Positions 21,159 to 25,928 of a DNA stretch of 25,928 bases are shown here, piece after piece. The translations under genes and the position numbers were made by a program. The notes under the pieces were generated by a model that made no database searches, had not been told where the DNA came from, and saw only the letters and a program-made list of their open reading frames with translations. Source of the DNA: Ginkgo biloba (taxonomy: Eukaryota > Plantae > Ginkgophyta). Location of the stretch: the NCBI GenBank assembly GCA_024626585.2, contig JANKJI020000004.1:142497871-142523798 (forward strand), given 5' to 3'. Every line of letters begins with the position of its first letter. Positions within the stretch are counted from its first letter, which is position 1.

Positions 21159-21589
21159 ACACAAGGCAAGCCAGCCAACGCACCAATAATCAAGTGTTAT
21201 TTAATGCAGGCAATCTAGCTAACACAAGGCACGCCAGCTAATGCGCCAGTAATTAAGTGTTATTTACTATAAGCAATCCAGTTTACACAAGGCAAGCTAT
21301 CCAACACACCAATAAAAACACAAATTCTTCACTACAAGCAATCCAACTTACTCGAGGCAAGCCAGCCAATGCGCCAGTAAAATTATTGTAAGCAATCCAA
21401 CTTACACAAGGCAAGCCAACCAATGCACCAGTAATTAAGTATTATTTACTACGGGCAATCCAACTAACGCGCCAATAATTAAGTGTTATTTACTGCAGGC
21501 AAGCCAGCCAACACGCCAGAAAAAACATGAACAAATTCTTCACTATAGGGAATCCAACTTACACGAAGTAAGCAAACCAGCATGCTAGT
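21159..21589. repeat. ~63-bp minisatellite, about 7 diverged copies
   Basis: Unit ACACAAGGCAAGCCAGCCAAYGCRCCARTAATTAAGTGTTATTTACTRYARGCAATCCAACTT starts at about 21159, 21222, 21285, 21350 and 21404, followed by partial or recombined units. Confidence 0.92.
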
Positions 21590-22539
21590 GAGGGAATTTC
21601 ATCAAGAGAGTTTAATTTTTGACTTAAAATAACAATTCTAGCAACAAAATTAGGCTAAAATGGCACAAAATCGACCAATTTTATGAGAAATGTTCTGAAT
21701 AACTTATAACTTGACAATTTTTAGTTATTTGTGAACAAGTGCATGAAAAAAGCTAAAAAATCACTATATGGAGTGAACTATGTTAACTAACGAAAAAGTT
21801 AACACNNNNNNNNNNNNNNNNNNNNNNNNNNNNNNNNNNNNNNNNNNNNNNNNNNNNAGAAAAAGTTTTTCAACAACTAACAGCAAAATCTTCAACATTT
21901 GACAAGAATTTTTATAAGGTCAAAAACTTATTAAAAAAAAAATTAAATAACTTCGACACATTGCACCACACTGCTTCAATTCCGACTTTTACAAGGAAAA
22001 AGCAATTTTCAATTAAAATCGATCCAAACCTCAACTAATTGCCTTCAAATCGATCTTATATAATTCAGAACGTCTGTATCTTCCACAAAATCGGTCGTTT
22101 CAAAGAAAATCGACAACATGAAGCGCGTAGAAATCTTCTCCGAAAATTTCAAGATTTGCGTCATTCTTGTTTTTGAGAGATATCTGTTCAGCAACAGATT
22201 TTCTCCACACTGGTGGCTTACAATACTAATAACAAATCTTCAGCAACACCCAATCGCCATTTTTTAAAAAANNNNNNNNNNNNNNNNNNNNNNNNNNNNN
22301 NNNNNNNNNNNNNNNNNNNNNNNNNNNNNNNNNNNNNNNNNNNNNNNNNNNNNNNNNNNNNNNNNNNNNNNAAAAACATAAGGTACACACAAAATAAAAA
22401 TGCATACAAAACTAAGGTGACTGATGTGATCTCATTAGGTACAACCCTCAATTAATTGGAAGTTACTTGATTGCCTAGAGTTCAAAAGCGAAGAGACAAT
22501 TCAATAAACATATGCTAAGAGTCAAACAAACTATATGCC

Positions 22540-23635
22540 CACGAATATGCATACTCGAACATGAGATACTAGCAATTGTACAAGATTCCCATGAAGGTGC
22601 AACAAGAGGACATTTGGGGAGTGATGGCACTGCTCACAAAATCCTTCTCACAAGTTGATGGTGACCCACACTATTTAGAGATGTTGAAAAATGAACCAAG
22701 ACTTGCAATGTATGTCAAAGAGTAAGCCTACCACGCGATGCCCACCTCTAGCCATTACATCCAATTCTAGCACAATGCCCCTTTGAGAAATGGGGATTGG
22801 ATTTCGTTCGCCCAATTAGTCCTCCAGCTCGAAGAACCCAAGAAAGATACATTCTCGTAGCCACCGATTATGTCACAAAATGGGTAGACCCTTGTGCCCT
22901 GCAAAAGTGTGGTGCCCAAAGCACATCCCTATTCTTACATGAAACGATTATTACTCGTTTAGACTATCCCGTAGAAAATGTCACTGATCAAGGAGTCGCA
23001 TTCTTAAATCAAACAATAAAACAGCGCACCGACAAATTTATGGTAATACATTGAAAAGCAAGACCATACTATCAAAGGGCTACTAGATTAGCCGAAAGCA
23101 TGAATAGAATCTTAAAGTGAGTTCTTGCAACATTGGACGTAATTATTGGGTAGAAAAACTACATTCTGTATTATGGGTTGATCGAACCTCAGTAAAAAAG
23201 GCACATGGTTATACACCCTTTCAACTTGCACTCAAACAAGAAGCAATCATGCTGTTTGATTCTATTGCATCTAGTCTCCACATAACAGTTAAACACAAAA
23301 TGGGGGATTTGAATCACAAAAAGCACGCCTCCATAATCTTAATAAATTAGATGAAATTCAAAATTTGGCACATTGGGAACTTCAAATATCATAACAACAT
23401 CAAGCTACCTAGCACAATTGCCACCTACATACACTGAAATTTCAAAAAGATGACTTGGTCCTTCTATATGATAGTATATTTCGTACTAAGTCAAAGAAAC
23501 TAAAAATACAATGGCTAGGATCCTATCAAATTCAATAGATATTTGAAAATGATGCAGTACAATTGAAACAATTCGATGGGAAGCCACTTCTATAACTCGT
23601 CAATGGCAGTAGGTCAAAACTTCATCACTACCAAA
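22540..23635 (+). mobile_element. Ty3/Gypsy (non-chromoviral, Athila/Tat-like) integrase pseudogene, near full length
   Basis: HHCC (SHEGATRGH...CNVCQR), DDE core (PFEKWGLDFVRP, YILVATDYVTKWV, VTDQG, AESMNRIL), WVEKLHSVLW..RT...GYTPFQL, and a GPY/F module (FQKDDLVLLYDS...KLKIQWLGSYQI...VNGSR). No chromodomain follows. Multiple stops. Confidence 0.93.
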
Positions 23636-23653
23636 CTATAAGCTCTGAATTAA

Positions 23654-23699
23654 AACACACAAATATACATACATACATACGTACATATATATATATATA
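23654..23699. repeat. (CA)/(CATA)/(TA) microsatellite just after the integrase
   Basis: Direct sequence. Confidence 0.85.
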
Positions 23700-23869
23700 A
23701 TGAAATAACATATAGAAAAGAATAATTTACAGGGTACGTATATTTGTTTGCAAACAAGCTATGATTTGTTTGCAAATTAATCGATGTTGTTGTCGTTTGC
23801 AACCACTCCAAACAACCATTTTGCAAAAACTCACACAACTTGAGACAAACGACAACTTGAACTAATGCA

Positions 23870-25240
23870 ACTATCCCATAACAAACGATCATACGGAGGT
23901 GGACAATTGATAATGGGAAGACACCAAACAAACAACTAAAAGTAAAGAAAATGGACCCACAAATGAATGGCAATAGTAGGTATAATGACCCTGAATGCAC
24001 AATCATTAAAGATTATATCAAACAATCATGCGTCATGCAAGGAGGATTTTGGGGATTTTTCATGACAACTCATGTGTCATTGAATAGTGCACGCAAGTAG
24101 CATTGCCAATACCAGACAATGTACCTGCAATACCCCATATGATTGAGTGGGCAATTCGTTTTCCCAAAATAGAGATTCAAGGCTAGGATGCAGTCATTAT
24201 GATCAAGGAATTTCATAAGGTGTTAAATCGGTTGATGCCAAAGGAAGGAAAGGAGGTAATACAATAAGTAGTTGATGAAGAAATGACAAAAATCGGTGAT
24301 AAAGGAGCAGAATCAGCCACTAGCCAAGAGTCAGTTCTGCAAGAAGTTTTGGAAGAAGAAGGACGAAAAAGAAATGGAAAAGCACCAGTAGTTGAAGAAG
24401 TGGCAGGTGTATCATTGTCTAAAGTGAGCCATGTAAACACAGTTGCCACATCACAAACGCACGTGCAGAATATAAGAGTACAAGTCCCATCGTTATATTC
24501 TTCAAGGGAGAGAATTTTGAGGCCTGTTTGGACAGAATCCATTCCTGATGGACACATCAAATTGGACTGGAACAATAGGATGAAAATATTTGAGGAAGAG
24601 TTGGATAAAAAGGATTGTGAATTACATAACCATGAGAACTAGCGACCGATGTTAACGGCCAATGTTATTCAGATTCTCATTAGAGCTTTGGTGTGGAAGA
24701 TTAACGAGCAACCATGAGGGGTTTCACAAGAAACAAAAGAAGTTTAGGAACAAACCCACTAGGCTCAATTGAAAATCAAATTTATTGATGACTTCCGTAA
24801 TGTTGGTTGTCTAATGTTCCAAAGGACGATGATACGTATCAGAGATTCATGACTAGTTTCGACAAAGAAATTCTCCCAAGATTGGAAGGCATAATTCCCA
24901 AATTGGGAGCTTGGATTCTTAAATGAGATTGGGCACAGACAAAATTATTCAATGACAAACTACATGCTACTAAGGCAACAAACAAGATGTTAGATACATT
25001 GAAAAAAGTTGGACGAAGCGCGGATGCAAGTGGAGAACCTTGGCAAAGAATTGCAATACATTAACACGAAAGTAGAAACCTTGGAGTAAATCCTCAAGAA
25101 GAACAATGTTCTAGTTCCAAAATTTAGGAAATTTATTCCAAAGAAGCAGAAGTGAAAATTTTCAAAGGGGCTAGCAGGTAGAGTTTTGAAAAGTTTGTTG
25201 AACAAGGATGTTCAAATGTTGTGTCCGACGAGATGTTAGC
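23870..25240 (+). mobile_element. Decayed extra ORF 3' of pol in the Gypsy element (E/K-rich, coiled-coil-like)
   Basis: Purine-rich plus strand with open stretches such as 24283-24642 (ESVLQEVLEEEGRKRNGKAPVVEE...FEEELDKKDCEL) and LDEARMQVENLGKELQYINTKVETLE near 25010-25090. Same strand as the integrase, and no gap separates them. Confidence 0.5.
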
Positions 25241-25489
25241 GGGAGAATTTGGCCTTAGTCGTTCACAACTCAAAACAATACTCATTCGCTTGTTTGCAAT
25301 AGCAACAACTATACAACAAGAAGCCTTGGTCATTCGCAATGAAAAACATTGTTCGTTTGCTCGCAACAACCATTTGCAACAAAAGGCCTTAGTCATTTGC
25401 AATAAGAAGGCAATGTTTTCTTGCATGTTTGCACCAACAAACAAAGGCAGATTAAGACAAGCGATTATTAGAGACCCCCTAAAAAGTGA

Positions 25490-25928
25490 TTAGGACCTAT
25501 AACTAATCATTAGTTAAGCATGAATGGAAGCAACTCTTGTCATTATGATATGAAGAGTCAAACTAGAAACTATAGATTGTACATGCCTCTATGGCTATGA
25601 TCATCATGGAATAGCAGATCTAATAGCATTTCTCTTGATGTACTTCGCAATGTACCTCGAACTGTTATGTATTACTCATTATTAATATAAACAACTCTTC
25701 TTCTTCATTACGTTTATATATGTTTTGCTATGAATGTGTTCTAACCGTCTATTGGCCAACAATTGAATCTGAAGACAAACGGATGTAGAGCTCTTGATGA
25801 GAGCAACAACACTGTGATCTAGTCTCTCCAGACTATCATTGGTTAACCGATGGCTCTTTTATTATGAATCATTGAGTAGTAAACAATGTTCATCTTCCCA
25901 TGTCACTTTATCTTGGATAGCATGTCCT
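25490..25928 (+). mobile_element. Possible 3' LTR of the Gypsy element
   Basis: Follows the extra ORF. Non-coding, with a TATA/poly(A)-like ATTAATATAAA near 25681 followed by a CT-rich tract. Boundaries and polypurine tract are not clearly defined. Confidence 0.3.

Larger units (their letters stand above)
1513..22371. other. 22 assembly gaps (N-runs), ten of exactly 100 N
   Basis: 100-N runs start at 1513, 2761, 4021, 6263, 9725, 13749, 15451, 17954, 21043 and 22272. The others are 10-259 N. Confidence 0.95.

Noticed and set aside
21159-21589. CRISPR-like repeat/spacer appearance
   Set aside because: The middle segments are homologous to each other rather than unique spacers, there are no cas genes, and the context is eukaryotic.
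23650-25444. Minus-strand ORFs 23650-24006, 24213-24575, 24990-25205 and 25133-25444
   Set aside because: They are F/S/L-rich antisense shadows of a purine-rich plus strand, with no recognisable domain.

Overview
AT-rich, CpG-depleted eukaryotic nuclear DNA from a land plant. The TE types and long TE-filled introns suggest a large-genome fern or gymnosperm (inference). The scaffold is very fragmented: 22 N-runs, ten of exactly 100 N (probably unsized gaps). No prokaryotic systems are present, and most listed ORFs are artefacts of gaps or microsatellites. Real content: (1) at 1-1371 (+), an intron-containing pseudogene of peroxisomal 3-ketoacyl-CoA thiolase with one exon-intron unit present twice; (2) on the minus strand, three lesion-free exons of GPN-loop GTPase 3 (GPN3; 13925-13849, 8250-8195, 8111-7988) separated by TE-filled introns, with the other exons not visible; (3) decayed Ty3/Gypsy gag and integrase relics, retroelement extra-ORF relics, possible LINE relics, LTR-like segments, and mini- and microsatellites. 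The most interesting signals are in GPN3: an in-frame diverged duplicate of its C-terminus lies just past the stop codon, with TGG where the first copy has TGA; the 3' region appears to be multiply spliced; and a 77-nt duplication creates a second, frameshifting splice acceptor. Family assignments come from recalled protein motifs, not database searches.
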